Positions 21,930-35,038 of a stretch of DNA of 64,000 nucleotides are shown piece by piece. This stretch comes from Setoptus koraiensis. Taxonomy: Eukaryota; Animalia; Arthropoda. The stretch covers positions 6,014,001 through 6,078,000 of the forward strand of contig CM106585.1 of NCBI GenBank assembly GCA_048013815.1, given 5' to 3'. Position 1 is the stretch's first letter. Each line of letters starts with the position of its first letter. The position numbers and the translations under genes were made by a program. The notes under the pieces are model-generated. The model saw only the letters and a program-made list of their open reading frames with translations. It was not told the DNA's origin and searched no databases.

Positions 21930-24900
21930 CAATCCTTGAATTGGACGGCTTCATTCGGCAAGTGTAGCAAGTGGTTATTTTGGCAGTAAATCTCAGCCGT
22001 CTCGGCACACAGTATCATACTGTCAGTATGTGACACAATTAGCTGCTGTTGCGCCAACTGCAATAATTTTTAAACTGTATATTGCATGTTATTTGGTGAC
22101 ATAACGCACACACATACGAGCGCTCGCCGTGATTTTACTGGGCTTCGTCGTCGCGACAAACAGCGCACATTGCGTAATACTTTTGATGACGTGACGGCGG
22201 GCGTCTTGACAGCGTTTTGACAAACGTCAAAAGGTCGTTGTGAGTTGTGAGTCGCGAGTTGTCAGCTGTCAGCTGTCGGCTGTCGGGCCAGCGACTAAAA
22301 AACGGCCCACTCACCTGATGTGATGGTCGAGACGAGGCCCAGTCACCTGATGTGATGGTCGAGGCGAGGCCCGGTTGTCGGACATTGGACAGCGGCCAGC
22401 TAGAGTTTTAATTGTTTGCCATGCTCGCTCACGCGGCGGTTTGCGAGAGCAGGCCGACTGATTAATCATCAACAATCAGTGATCATCCATTTCGGGGCCT
22501 CACGAGCCTCTCCACTTCAGCCGTGATCCGGCGGATATGTGTGCCACAGTGCTGCAACGGGGCCAGACAGTGACAATCATTACGGCGAATAATTGTGGGC
22601 CCGAGTGGCGCCGCTAGGTGATAATCTGATATGATTATTTATCGTCGGGTCGCCTCTCTTATACCCCCCGCCCAATAACCGCTTAAATAAGCGTTGAAAA
22701 TCCCAACGATCCCACCGTTGCAAACGACAACACTGTGCGGGGGTGTGCGGCAACGTTTGGCCCGCTTGCGGATCATCAGCGCCAGCATTTAGTGACTCTG
22801 GCGCGTTGGCTTTGTGCGTGCGTCTGCACGCGTTGCCGGGGATATTTGATTAGAGGCCCCGTTAATACATTTTCGATGAATGCTTGCCGCGAGCTCCTCC
22901 ACGGCCCGCCGCGGACCGTTGCAGACTGTCGCCGACTATCGGTGACTGCCGCAGACTGTTGCGGGCCGTCGGGCCCCTCGGCGTGGCCTTGCATGCGAGT
23001 GTCACCGCCAACAAATTCATAAATCATCATCGCGCATAGTTCGCGCCGGCGATCATTTAAATGAGATTCCCGAGATGATTCGCCTGTGCACCAGCGCGGG
23101 CGCACTTGCTGCGGCGCGCGGCCCGTGCGCGGCCCCTTTGTCCGACGGGCCTGTGGCTCCAGCGGCACCACTGAGAACAGGGTTTTGAACAGTGTTCCGA
23201 GCGGCACTCCCGGCGGCGAGGGGATAAGTATTATTGGATGGTGGGCATAATGAAATTCATGCACCGTTCGTGGGCACCATTAAACGGGAGGGGGGGGGCA
23301 CAACAATGCCACCAGTCGCTGTTTACATAAATGAAAAGAACGGGATTAGCGCACGTACAGCGATCGACGTTCGGCGGGCCGGCGTTTGGCGCAGTCTGGC
23401 GCAGTTTGCCACATCCGAGCGGGCCCGTATTGAGGCACGTTCGCCACGTTTGCCACGTTCGTCGCGGGCTGACTGTGGGGCCGCGGTCGGGTGTGCGGCC
23501 GATAACAAGTGGGCCCGTCGGTTGGAGACCCGGGTGCGCGACAGCCAGAAAGCCACAGACTGCGCCTCGCTGAGACAGGGGGCGCTCCGGGGCGATGGTT
23601 TGCGGGGCGATCGGACGATCGGAGCGCGGGCCGACCGCCGCGACTGCAGCGTCGGCCCGCGGAGGCCCGACCGAGGCCTCTGAACTTGAGCGCGCCCGCT
23701 GAAGCGAGGCTTGCGCCACTAAAAAGACAGATCGCGCCGGGCGAGAGCTGGCGCCGCTGAAACATGCTATTATTACATAATAATAATGATAATCTTGATG
23801 GCGCAATGGCACGATTCTAGTTGAGCCGAGTGGGGCCGCCATGAGCAATGGCCGACACAGATATTAAGTATAAAGTGGCCCATCAGTCAATGTCAGACAT
23901 GTGTGCACAAATGGCGCGCCGGCCCAGCGCCAATTGGCCGAGCTCAGCCGGGGCGCCGGATATTTGTGTGCGATCCGAGCGCGATATGTGCCAGATATGT
24001 GTGCGCCGTCGTATATCTGGCCGGATAATATTTAATAATTCCGAAGTCGTCGCTGCATCGTCGCCGCTATTAGCGGGCGCCCCCAAACGCACAATCGCTT
24101 TCAATTGTTACCATTGCGACTGCCGTTTGAGCTGGATCATCTTTGGTCGCGCTCTTTGCTCACCATAACGGTCACAAATAGTGTCACACGTTGTAACGCG
24201 ACTCGGATACTGTGATTATGTAATATCAATCGCGCCAGTGGCGCCAGATAAGCGCCCAGTCGGACACTTGGCTGCCAGCATCAACTGGGCGAGCGTTCAT
24301 TTCGGGGCACGCAGTGCGCGCGTCGGACTTTGGGCCGACACTGCGAGTCTGGGGCGACACCGCGAGACAAACAAAACTGGGCGCAAAAAATGAGCTTTGT
24401 TTGTCGTTCTCGTCCGCGCCGAGGAGCGCGTGCCCGCGTTCGCACGTCCCCTTCGTGGCGGCGCCCCTTGCCACGCTCGTTGCGGCGCCCTGTGCTCGCT
24501 CCGAATTGTCGGAAAACCGCTCCGTTGGAAACTCGAGAATCTCGAGTCGAGATCGGCGCGGCTCCCGCGGACCGACCGCTCGCCACTCGCGTCGACCGCT
24601 CGACCGAGCGCCGGCCCGACCGACAACTGCGAGCCGCGGCCATGATCGATGCGCCCCTTCGGGCCCAGCCGGGCAAGCCGTGCGAACGTGCACCACTTAG
24701 CGCGGCTTTGTTTGCGCTGGGCCGACTCTCGCTCCGACGCCGCGCCCAAGCCGCTCCGCCTGCGCAAACAAGGCGCTCAAATTTGAGCTGGCACCGCCGG
24801 CCCAATGACATGGGCCCAATGACGTGGGCCCAATGACGTGGGCCCAATGGGGCAATCGAAGAGAAAATAGATTTAAATTGACTGAAATTTACATTGATCC

Positions 24901-27900
24901 ATCTTTTTCGGTCGGCCGCTCGAGCGCAAGTGTGCAGAGTTGTTCACAAGTTTGTCACTCTTGGAGTTTCTCAGTCGTCGCGCCTGAGCAATCTCGTGGC
25001 GAAGCGATCTCGTGGCGAAACGAGCTCGCGCCAGAGCGATCTCGTGGCAAAACGATCTCGTGCCAGAGCGCGAGACGCTCGCCAGGAGCGGACGAGGCTC
25101 GGCCCCACGAACTGTCAGCCTGATAGCCGAACCAAGCCAACGAATCCACCAACTAGACGTGTTTGAGCGTCGTCACCGCCAGGGCGCAGCGACGCCGATG
25201 AATACATATTTGTGCGATATTTATCATATCTATCACACATTCAATATACAACAATGTACATAATGACGTTCAATAAATAATAATGTTCAATAAATAATAA
25301 TGTTCAATGTGTAATAATGTTCAATATGTGATAGCAAACTTTGCTAAGCAAAGGCCGAGAGAATCGGGCGGCGATGACTGGCCGGTTTGTTGGCCGGAGC
25401 GCCCCTAGAGGGCGACCTCTGGCTGGCATGGTGATCGGGTGCGATTTAATCAGTTTTTGATGAGAATCGGCCGAATTAGAGAAAAATGAGCCGGGCGAAA
25501 AGTACGAGAATTGAATTGATGCGATTCGAAGCAAGCAACACAAATGAGAGCTGCCATTGGCGCTCATTATGCAATTGTTGTTCTCGATTAGGCTGCCATT
25601 TGCGTGCCGGCCAGACAATGCCGGTGTTTTGATTAGCGGTTCGCTGGCCACTGCGGCGCTTGTGCGGCAGCCGGACTGCGGCGGGCAACGGCGGACAGCG
25701 GCGGATAACGGCGGATAACGGCGCTCGGCTGAGCCCACCGACCCGCCATGAGTTATCCGTTGTGAGTTACCCGCCATGAGGTGTCCGCTGTGAGTTACCC
25801 GTTACGAGCTGTGAGTTGGCCGATGTGAGTCGCGAGTTGTGCGGCACAACGGCGGCCCGCCACCGACGGGCCGTCGATCAAGGTTGACCCGGCAGCGGGC
25901 CGAAACAAGCTTGAAACAAGACTGAAACAGGAGAATCAATTTCGTGTCTAGAGGCAATTAGCAAACAGTTGTTAGTTGTTGTATTTACAGCAGCGCACTG
26001 GCGCGATATTAGCATGTTGCCCGGCAATTAGGCGGCCGTGGGCGCCTCGGGTGGCTGCGTCGGGCTGCGTCGGGCTACGTCGGGCATCGGGCGGCACCGG
26101 CGGCATCGGGCGCCCTAATGAGCACCCACATGGCGAGTTGATGATGATCAACACGCCGATAAACAGTCGCAAGTTGCCGCTGCGGCCCGTATAATACCGA
26201 CCGTAATCTATTGCGGCGCGATGGCGCAGATTAGCGGCAGATTAGGGCGAAACAGATTACACAATTGTGATGCCCTGATACACATTGTGCTGATACACAT
26301 TGTGCTGATACACATTGTGCTGATACACATTGTGCGGCTCAAATAACTTTTCAATAATTGTTCTCGGCCACTCATGACTCGCAACGTGATTGTGCGTGCC
26401 AGTGGGTGAGTTATTATTATTCATTTTTCACTCTGTTTGCCCGGCGCTCGCACTCTCGAAATGCCCTCAAATTTGAGACTCAAATGCCTGTCGCACGCAG
26501 GGCGCCCAGTGCCATCGCATCAAATATCCGCCATCCCATATCGAATGGCGCCCACACCGCATGCCCGAGTACCGTTATTATGCCGTCGCGATACCGTTAT
26601 AATTTGCCTAGTGTGTGCCAAGCGTCAGGCGCGATGCAAAAGTTGATTACATCACCGTGATGCGACGGCAATGACGCATAATGTGTTTGGCACCTACTGT
26701 TTGTAAAATAATGTAAAGTGACCCGAGGCTGCCCAATGCAACATACGAAATGTAATACAAATGTAATACAAATGTAACACAAATGTGATGCAATATGCAC
26801 ACCGGCGCGCATATTGCATCATATTGCATCATATTGCACTGTTGTTGGCTGTAACCATAGGCTGGCTTGTAACCTGCCTGTGGGCCAATCACTGGTCACC
26901 GGCAGCTAACACAAGACAACATGAGCATTGCGTAATAGCAATAATAATTTGCATAATACGCACGTGTTGCCCTACTGACTCATTAGTAATGAGCCGGCAC
27001 ATTCTTCAATGAGCTCGGCTCATTACTAACGAGTCATTACTAATGACTCACTGGGGCTCGACTGTCACTCGCTCTGCCAGCTGATCGGTGGCTTGTCAGT
27101 GCGATGGAACGTGCAGTCAGCTGATCGCGCTTTGGCACCTGTCAGTGTGCTGTCTGCGTCAGCTGACGGCAAGCTTGTCAGCTGATTGTCGGCCGATTGT
27201 CAGCTGATTGTCAGGGCGGCCAGATTGTGGGCCGGTCGTCGGCTGATTGTCGGCTGGTTGTCGGCTGATTGTCGGCTGGTTGTCGGCTGATTGTGGGCCG
27301 GTTGTCGGGGTGGCCGGCGGCGTGTTGACGCGGACGGGTTTGGTGATTTGTATGTGGCCAATGCCAACAAATGTTGCTGTAAATTGTCAATTTTGGCCAC
27401 AGCACCGACGGCGGCCGTCATTGGCAAAACAACAAGTGGTCAGTTGAGCCAAGTAACATGCGCAAGACTGCGAGTTAACGACGCACAAACAACGATAACG
27501 ATAATAATAAAACAATGATGAATTATGAGCATTATCGCAAACAATGGATCGCTCTATCAATCTGGCCATTCTCTCTGGGCCATTCTCTCTGGGCCATTCT
27601 CTCGGGGCCATTCTCTCTGGGCCATTCTCTCTGGGCAATCTGTCGGAATTCGGCCAGTGCATCGCCAGAGCCAAACTCCGACTGATGGTGTGTACAGATC
27701 GGCGAGCATCGAGGGGCCACACAACACTAAATGGCACTAGATGGCGAACAATTAAATTTTGAATTCGCAACTTGAACCGCACTGGTTCAAGTTGAACGTT
27801 GCGCCGGCCACATGATACTATGACTTATGTCTGACAGTCACATGATGATTGTCAGCCAGCCACAAACAGCGATTGTTTGCTCGCTCGCGGCCACTCAAAA

Positions 27901-29652
27901 CATCAGGTCCACTGGTCAGTTTGATGGCCGAGGCCATAGTGCTCCAGTTGCTCAGCTCAATTGTTGCTCTCGATTGCTCTCAATGGCGCTCGAATGTTTG
28001 CTTGTTTGCGCGTCGCTCGCAACGCTTAAAACTTTACGTTTTATACTTTTAGCTGGCACGTCGTCGGAACGCCAAAACTCTCAAGTCGGCCGGCCGTCTC
28101 AACTTGACACTCTCAAGCAACGATCGCCAGTCGACTCTCGAGCCGCGCAACTCGATACAACCGAGACACAACTCGCATTTGACGACCGAGTGGCCTCGCC
28201 ACAAAAAGTGCGCGCTGCCCCACTGGAGTGGGGCGTCTCAGTCGGGCTTCGCGCGGCTCGTCCCGACCTTTCCCGAACTCATAATACGGCCACAATGCCA
28301 GCCGGCGAATAAGTATCGCCTGCGAAGGTCATTGCGGCATGAAATGGCGCAACGATACGCAACATTACGCAACAATAATTTGCATACGTGCACGGTAAGA
28401 CGGCGAGTCCTTGAGCCGCTCAACTTGAGCGCTGAGACTCGCAACTTGCGAGCGCCGCGACCCGCAACTTGCGAGCGTCGCAAACAATCGGCTTGCCGCC
28501 GTAAAAATGCCGCCGCTGGTTAATGTGCGCCGGGCCGCTGCTGGTCGATGTGCGGGCCGCTGCTGGGCACGCCGGCCCGCCGCACATTAACCAGCGCCGG
28601 CCCGCCCGCTTGTCACCGGATAAAAATAAAACCGACAATGAATTCGTCGCGTCTCTCGGGCTCTGGTCGCTCTGTGTCCAGCAGCCAGTTCGAGTGGCCA
28701 GTTCGAATGTTCGGTTCGAATGTGCGGTTCGAATGGCCGGTCGTGGCGCATTAATTGAGTGATGATGCAATAAGCGAGGCCGAGGTATGCGTTACCTGGG
28801 CAGGCCGACGGCGCTCAGAGATGCGCTCACGGCGGCTAATGTCATGACAGGCGACGCGGCGCGCCGACATTGTGAGCTGAACTTGACAGTCAACTGGACA
28901 CACTCACTCGCGCCGAGCTGGCCAGCCGACATGACGCAACATTGGGCAACATTGCGCAACATTATGCAGCATTGCGCAACATTATGCAGCAGTATCAGTG
29001 TATCGCTGGCCAGCTTGTTTGCGCCGGATGCAGCTCGCCAGCGAGCGAGCTCACCTGTGAGCTGGCCGGACTGCGATTTCGGGCGCACAATCTGACAACT
29101 GCGAGCACAATTGTGCTCAAATTCGGACACAACTGAGCACAATTGTGCTCCAACTCGGACACAACGTGAGCGTTGTCCAGCTGAGCGGCGTAAAAAGCGT
29201 GGCCAAGATCGGCCAACTTCATGCTTGTCCGCGACTTGCGTCCAAAACAAACCAAAACAATATTTGCGCCCGATGGCGCGCTTACGTAACACCGGGCCTT
29301 TTGATGACTCAACTGCGATGGTGCAGCGAGCGACGGTGCGATGGTGCAGCGAGCGATGATGCGATGGTGCAATTGTGCGAGACGGGAGACGGGAGAGCGC
29401 GCCGGAAAATATGCACTCGACAGCAACATGCAAACAATAATGGCTGGCGCAAACAAAGATGTAAACACTACCTGTGGATTTAACGATTGTTTGCAATGGT
29501 CTCGTTTGCGACGCTCGTCGCATTTGCGAAGCTCGACCGGGCGCCGGCCCGACAACAATGCCGCGCCCGTCGCCGCAACATATTGTGTCATCGGGCCGGC
29601 CTGTTTCGACAAGCCGCGCCGGACCTCATAAAGTTGTGCGCGCCGCGCACCA

Positions 29653-29713
29653 GTGTGAGCCAGTTGTGAGCCAGTTGTGAGCCAGTTGTGAGCCAGTTGT
29701 GAGCCAGTTGTGA
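29653..29713. repeat. 11-nt tandem repeat (TGTGAGCCAGT) x5
   Basis: Direct reading of perfect units. Confidence 0.9.
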
Positions 29714-32700
29714 GCGGGACCCGGCTAATGGAACTAATCGACTTTCGGCCGCCCGGTGCCGGCCGCCCGATGCCGGCCGCTCGGGGCTCGAGCGAGCGGG
29801 CGCAACAGCGAGCGGCGCACACCAGCGCCAAGCCGGCCGTTTTATGGACTTTTAAGCACTTTTATTTTATTATTATATTCCGACCACTTGAGGGCATATG
29901 TGCTCTCGTTGTCCATTTGCGGCCACTTGTTGTCGCCGTCGCTGTTGCATCGCGGTTGTCGCTGCTGTTGTTGGCGTCGTGGTTGCTGTTGTTGCTGTTG
30001 TTGGCGTCGTGGTTGCTGCTGTTGCCGTTGCTGCTGTTGGCTCGGTTGCTGCCGGTGACTTGGGAGCTTCCAAGGAGAAACAGGACATAAAATGCAAAAT
30101 AATTAAATTGCGAGCCAAATCAACAAATAAAAGATTAGATAATAATGAGACGGCCGATCAGCGCGATAGTTTTTATGGCCGACGGGCCATTCCACTTACC
30201 CGGCTCAGCGGCGCACTAGCGACGCCCGGCAGCCAACTGAACGCACAAAATTTGAGGCTTACACAACGCACAATCGTTCGGGGCCCCGGCCGTCGGAGCG
30301 CGGGGGCCAGTATCCTTTAAGTCGCGTGATACGAGTCGTGTGAGCAGTGCAATTTGCAATTTGCAACTTTCAAACTGAGCAAGCCCAACAGCAAATACCC
30401 CGAAACCGGCAGACGCGTCCCCGAAAGAAAATCTCCGCTGAGTCGCAAGTGGCGACCGACTCTGGCCGCTTGAGTGGCCAGAGTCGACCGAGTCACGCGA
30501 ACCAACTGAGTCGGCCAAGTCACTCGAGCCACGAGAGTCGACAGAGTCACCGGAGCAGACAGTCACGCGGGTCGCTTGAGTCCGGCGCCGGCCGCGCTGA
30601 GTCGGACGCGGCACACCGACCCGCAGCCGCGAGTCACGGGTCGCTCAAGCGACTTGAGTCAAGTCAGCGGTCAGCTCGAGCGCCCGACTCAAGGCGCTCG
30701 AGTCGCGCCGGCACCGGACTCAAGGTGAGTTGAGTCGAGCGCCGCAGCGGCGAAAGTGAACTAATTAGCAGCAACTCATATTCACATTTATAATCTGACA
30801 ATGGTCTGACAATGGGCGACGACAGCCGCCATTCAAAGCGAAAGTGGCTCGCCTTTGTTTGGCACACAACGCAAACATCGCCAGAATCTTGTAAAGAATC
30901 TGAGAATCTTAAGAGTTGCGCAAGTGCACAAGTCCAACAACCTGTAAATGGACGAGACGTGAAGTTGTCATAAATAGACGTTGCGCCGTTGTTTGTGTCT
31001 CGTGATTAATCATCGACATCCCAGGCCGCGGCGTCGCATTTTCCGCTCCAAATTCGAGCTTCGAATCGAGCGAACCGAGCGAGAGAATTGAGAGAATTGG
31101 GAGAATTGAGAGCGGCCGTCGGAGTCCGTTCGGGCCGGCGCAACAATGGGGCGCCGATTGGATTCTGTGCAGAATTCTCGCCAATCTTCAATCGAGCGGC
31201 ATTGTATGGAAATGACGCTGTTGCTGTCGGGCCGGCGAGTTGGGTGCGCATACTATTTTATCATTACTGTTATTATTGTTTTCGCGCTCTCATTGTCCGC
31301 GCCGTCTAACCACTAAATCAGTTTCCAGTGGCCGCTAATTGATTCGACACTTTCACTGTTGTGTCGTCGCTGTCCGCGCTGAATCGTCCAGAGTGTGCCA
31401 AATCAAAGCCGCGAGTGGCCACTCCAGACTTTGATCGATCTAGTCGCCGTTGGACGCAAATTTGGCCCATTCGAAATTGCACCAATTTGCAGCTCCGAAC
31501 GCAGCTCCGAACGCAGCTCCGAACGCAGCTCCGAACGCAGCTCCGAATGGGACGTTCGGCGGCAAGCTCGCCGTCGGACGGCCAGCAATGCCGGCCGACA
31601 ATCGATGAAACCAACGGAATCCGTTGCTCACACGACACACACACACACTTTTTTTGCCATTGTTGCGTTCCGTTGTGCTCCAATTATCCAATGGCGTGTA
31701 TCGGCGTTCTTTCAATTTCCGCTGGCCCGTTCGATTGGTCGGCGGCGCAGCAATTGCGATTCGGCGGCGCAACAATTGCGATTCGGCGGCGCGACGATTG
31801 CGATTCGGAGGCGAGCCGCTCTCGTTGCTGTTCGTTCATTGCCTTCGTGTATCGCGCTCCATCGTTTATCTGTGCGCCGGTATCTCGCATGGAGAGAGCG
31901 GCGCAAAGTTTCTTCTTATCCGGCCAACTGCGAGCCATTTGCGAGCGGCACAAAGAACGCGATGAGTCGAAGAATCGAACGCCGAAAGAATCGGTCGCTG
32001 AAAGAATCGAACGCTCAAAGAATTGCACGCCGGAGAGATCGCGCGCACTGAAAGAATCGTCGATTGTTGGCAAGGTTGGCGCGCCAACAATCGACCATTC
32101 GGCGCTGAAATCGGTGATATTCTATCGCTCGATCACTTCGGCGCCATTCTATCATTGTTCGCCTGGTGCCGTCCGCTCAGTCGGGCTTGCTGCGCCGGCA
32201 AGCTCGTTGCGGCCGGCTGGCCACACGGCCGCCAATTCAGCGTTGATTAAACAGAATGGAAAAAGTTGAATTGAGCGACTGCAAAGTTCATTCGTCTGTT
32301 TGTGTTGCACTGGCCACTTGTTGCGGCTCACACAATGTGACGGCGACGCTCGCCGAGCACCAAGCCGGCGCCGGACAGAGCGACACCGAGAAGCGAGCGA
32401 CTGGAGCGAAAGAAGCGCCGCGACCGAAAGAAGCGGCGAGTGCGAAAGAAGCGACGAGAGCGAAAGAAGCGACGAGAGCGAGAAGCCGGCACAAGCTCGC
32501 CAGAGAAGGAGAACAAGTGGCTTAAAAAATCCAAAATGAGAATCAAGGTGTGTGATAATTGATTGACTCACACACACACACACACACACAGCTATTGAGG
32601 TCACGATATCGGCCGGCTCGCTGCGTATCATTGCTGCGCTGGCCAACAAAGATTGTCAATTAGTGGGCGAGTTTGTCCGCTTTTGCGCAAGTCAACAACG

Positions 32701-33120
32701 GCAACAGCGACAGCAACAACAACAACAACAGCGACAGCAACAACGGCCGACGCATCGACAATTGTTGTTGCGCAACACACTCGATCACGCGTACAAGGTG
32801 AGCGGTGCCCGTGAGAGAATCGGATGTATAAATATACCAGATATTCCAGATACTACACATACCATCGAGCATGTTGTTGTTGTCGTTGTTGCCGTTGTCG
32901 TTGTTGCCGTTGTTGCCGTTGTTGTTGTTGGCCAGGCGGCCACTCTCACCTGTGCTCACCTGTGCTGACCGGCGCTCACCGGCGCTCACCGGCGCTCACC
33001 GGCGCTCACCCGCGCCGCCTGTGCCGAAACGAGCCGGCCGGCGCTGATTTATTGGGCTGCCAATGGCGAGAGCAGCTAATGACCAACAATCAATTAGCCG
33101 CGCCGTCGCATATCGGCAGG

Positions 33121-33180
33121 TGAGCTCACATGAGCTCAGGTGAGCTCTTATGAGCTCAGGTGAGCTCTCATGAGCTCAGG
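33121..33180. repeat. Six GAGCTC-core units at exact 10-nt period
   Basis: TGAGCTCACA TGAGCTCAGG TGAGCTCTTA TGAGCTCAGG TGAGCTCTCA TGAGCTCAGG. Confidence 0.9.
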
Positions 33181-35038
33181 TAAGCGCGGCCGTCGGCGCG
33201 CTGGGCAACAAGTTTGCATTTGCATACCGAGTGTCCAGGGCAGCACACTCACAACTTGTGAGTCACAAGCCATAACCTAATAATAGTATAATTATAATTA
33301 GCGCATCATTTAGTGGCCTCTCGGCGCAACTCGGGCCAGTCCAACTGCGGCCAGTGTGACTACGGCCAGTGGCCAGTCAAACTGCGGCCAGTGGCCAGTT
33401 GGACAAATCACCGGTCAGCTGTGACGCGGCTTTCGACTTGCGATCTCGTTTGCCGTCTCACTCGGGCTGTGCCTATGCTAATTCGGACAGGTGAAGCGCA
33501 AGCCAATCGGCTCGACGGACACACCTGGTGCCTTATGGCGCGATCGATATCACAGTGCTGGCGGCCAGCCCAAGCGATTGGCCGGTCGGCTTCGGGGCAG
33601 CCCGGCTCGAAGGCTGGCCGAGCGGCCGATGAAAGTTGCCGTCGCCTCGATTCGCAGCCCTCGAAAGTGGCGAGATCGCAGCGAGCTGAATTGGCCATAT
33701 TGACCTCATTCGAGCCACTCGACATATCCGATGTGCTCCGATGTGTTGCAATGTGACGTAATGTGTTTCTGATATGCGCCGCAAAGAGTTAAAATTAGCC
33801 CTCGCCTGTGCCTAGCTTGCCTTGATCGCACAATGATTCCACAATGAAAGTGCCTCTGAATTAGATTATCGGCGCTGATTGGCACACTTGGCAAAGTCGC
33901 AAAGTTGGCGACCATGACGCAACTAGCGGCCATCGGGCTTGTTGCGGGCCGATTATCCGACGGCGACGACGTATCGACTTTGCCACTTGATCTCGCTCTC
34001 ACTCAACACTCTCATGCCGGCCGGCCGACCGCAAACGGCCGCTTGATCTCATTATTGCCAGTGGACAATGATGAGCCTTTTATTAGCGGCTAATCTCTTC
34101 GCAGCCCGTAAATTTAACCTGTTAATCCCGGCCCGGCCCGGCCGGCCAATCCGCTGGCGCCACCGTCGTCCCACTTAAATCTAATCTCAAATCTAATATT
34201 GCCAATATCATATTGGCCAATATTATATTGGCCAATGGCCGCCTCGGTGACGCGCCTCGGCCCGACCGGGCGCCAGGTCGCTCCGCTCGCGAAGCCCGAG
34301 CGGCCCGTCATCCTCATCATTAATCACATGCGCAAGTGTGAATCGCAGCGTTCGTTTTCTCGCCGTTTCTCGCCGTTTCTCGCCGTTTTCTCTTGGCGTT
34401 CCTCGGCCGCCGCGGCCGTGCGACACGCCGATCGCCGGGCAATTTGCGGCCGCGCAATCGCCCGGCCGGCACAGTGATAATCTCACCTGAGCGGCCAATC
34501 AACCGTCGTCGGCAAATCACGACAAGCCGACCAGTTTGACGTGCGTCCGAACATCAACGGCGCTCACTGTCACCCATTGTGTCCGGCGCCGACGGCCGCG
34601 ATCTGGCCAGAATTATGCACAATTATCCGGGCCGGATAATTGTCGAAAAAGCGATGATAAGTCGCCATCAGAGCAAATTGCGCCGTCTCGATGACCATTC
34701 ATCCGACGGCCCGCTCATGCAGTGGCTCACCAGATTCAGCCATTCAACGATTCATTCAACGCAAATCATGATAAATTGATAAATGGACCAATCGCCTCAC
34801 CTGTGCGCGGCAAAACAGTTACGCGCCGACAGCGCCGATAGTAAATACATCGTTTATTTATTTATTTTATTCAAAGAATTCACCTAACTCGCATCGCCGC
34901 GCCATCCGGATTAGTCCAAATCTGACTTGGCGACTCACAATTTGTGAGGCCCGCTCCTGAGCCGACCTGTTACATTCTCGCTATATTTGCATCTGTTGTC
35001 GCACTCGATTTGTCCCGACCGGGATCGCCCGCGCCGCA

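Noticed and set aside
31361-32269. 302-aa ORF and similar long GC-rich ORFs (7639-8277, 8569-9234, 28995-29831, 37691-38419)
   Set aside because: Arg/Ala/Ser-rich translations of tandem repeats, overlapping ORFs in several frames, no recognisable domain.
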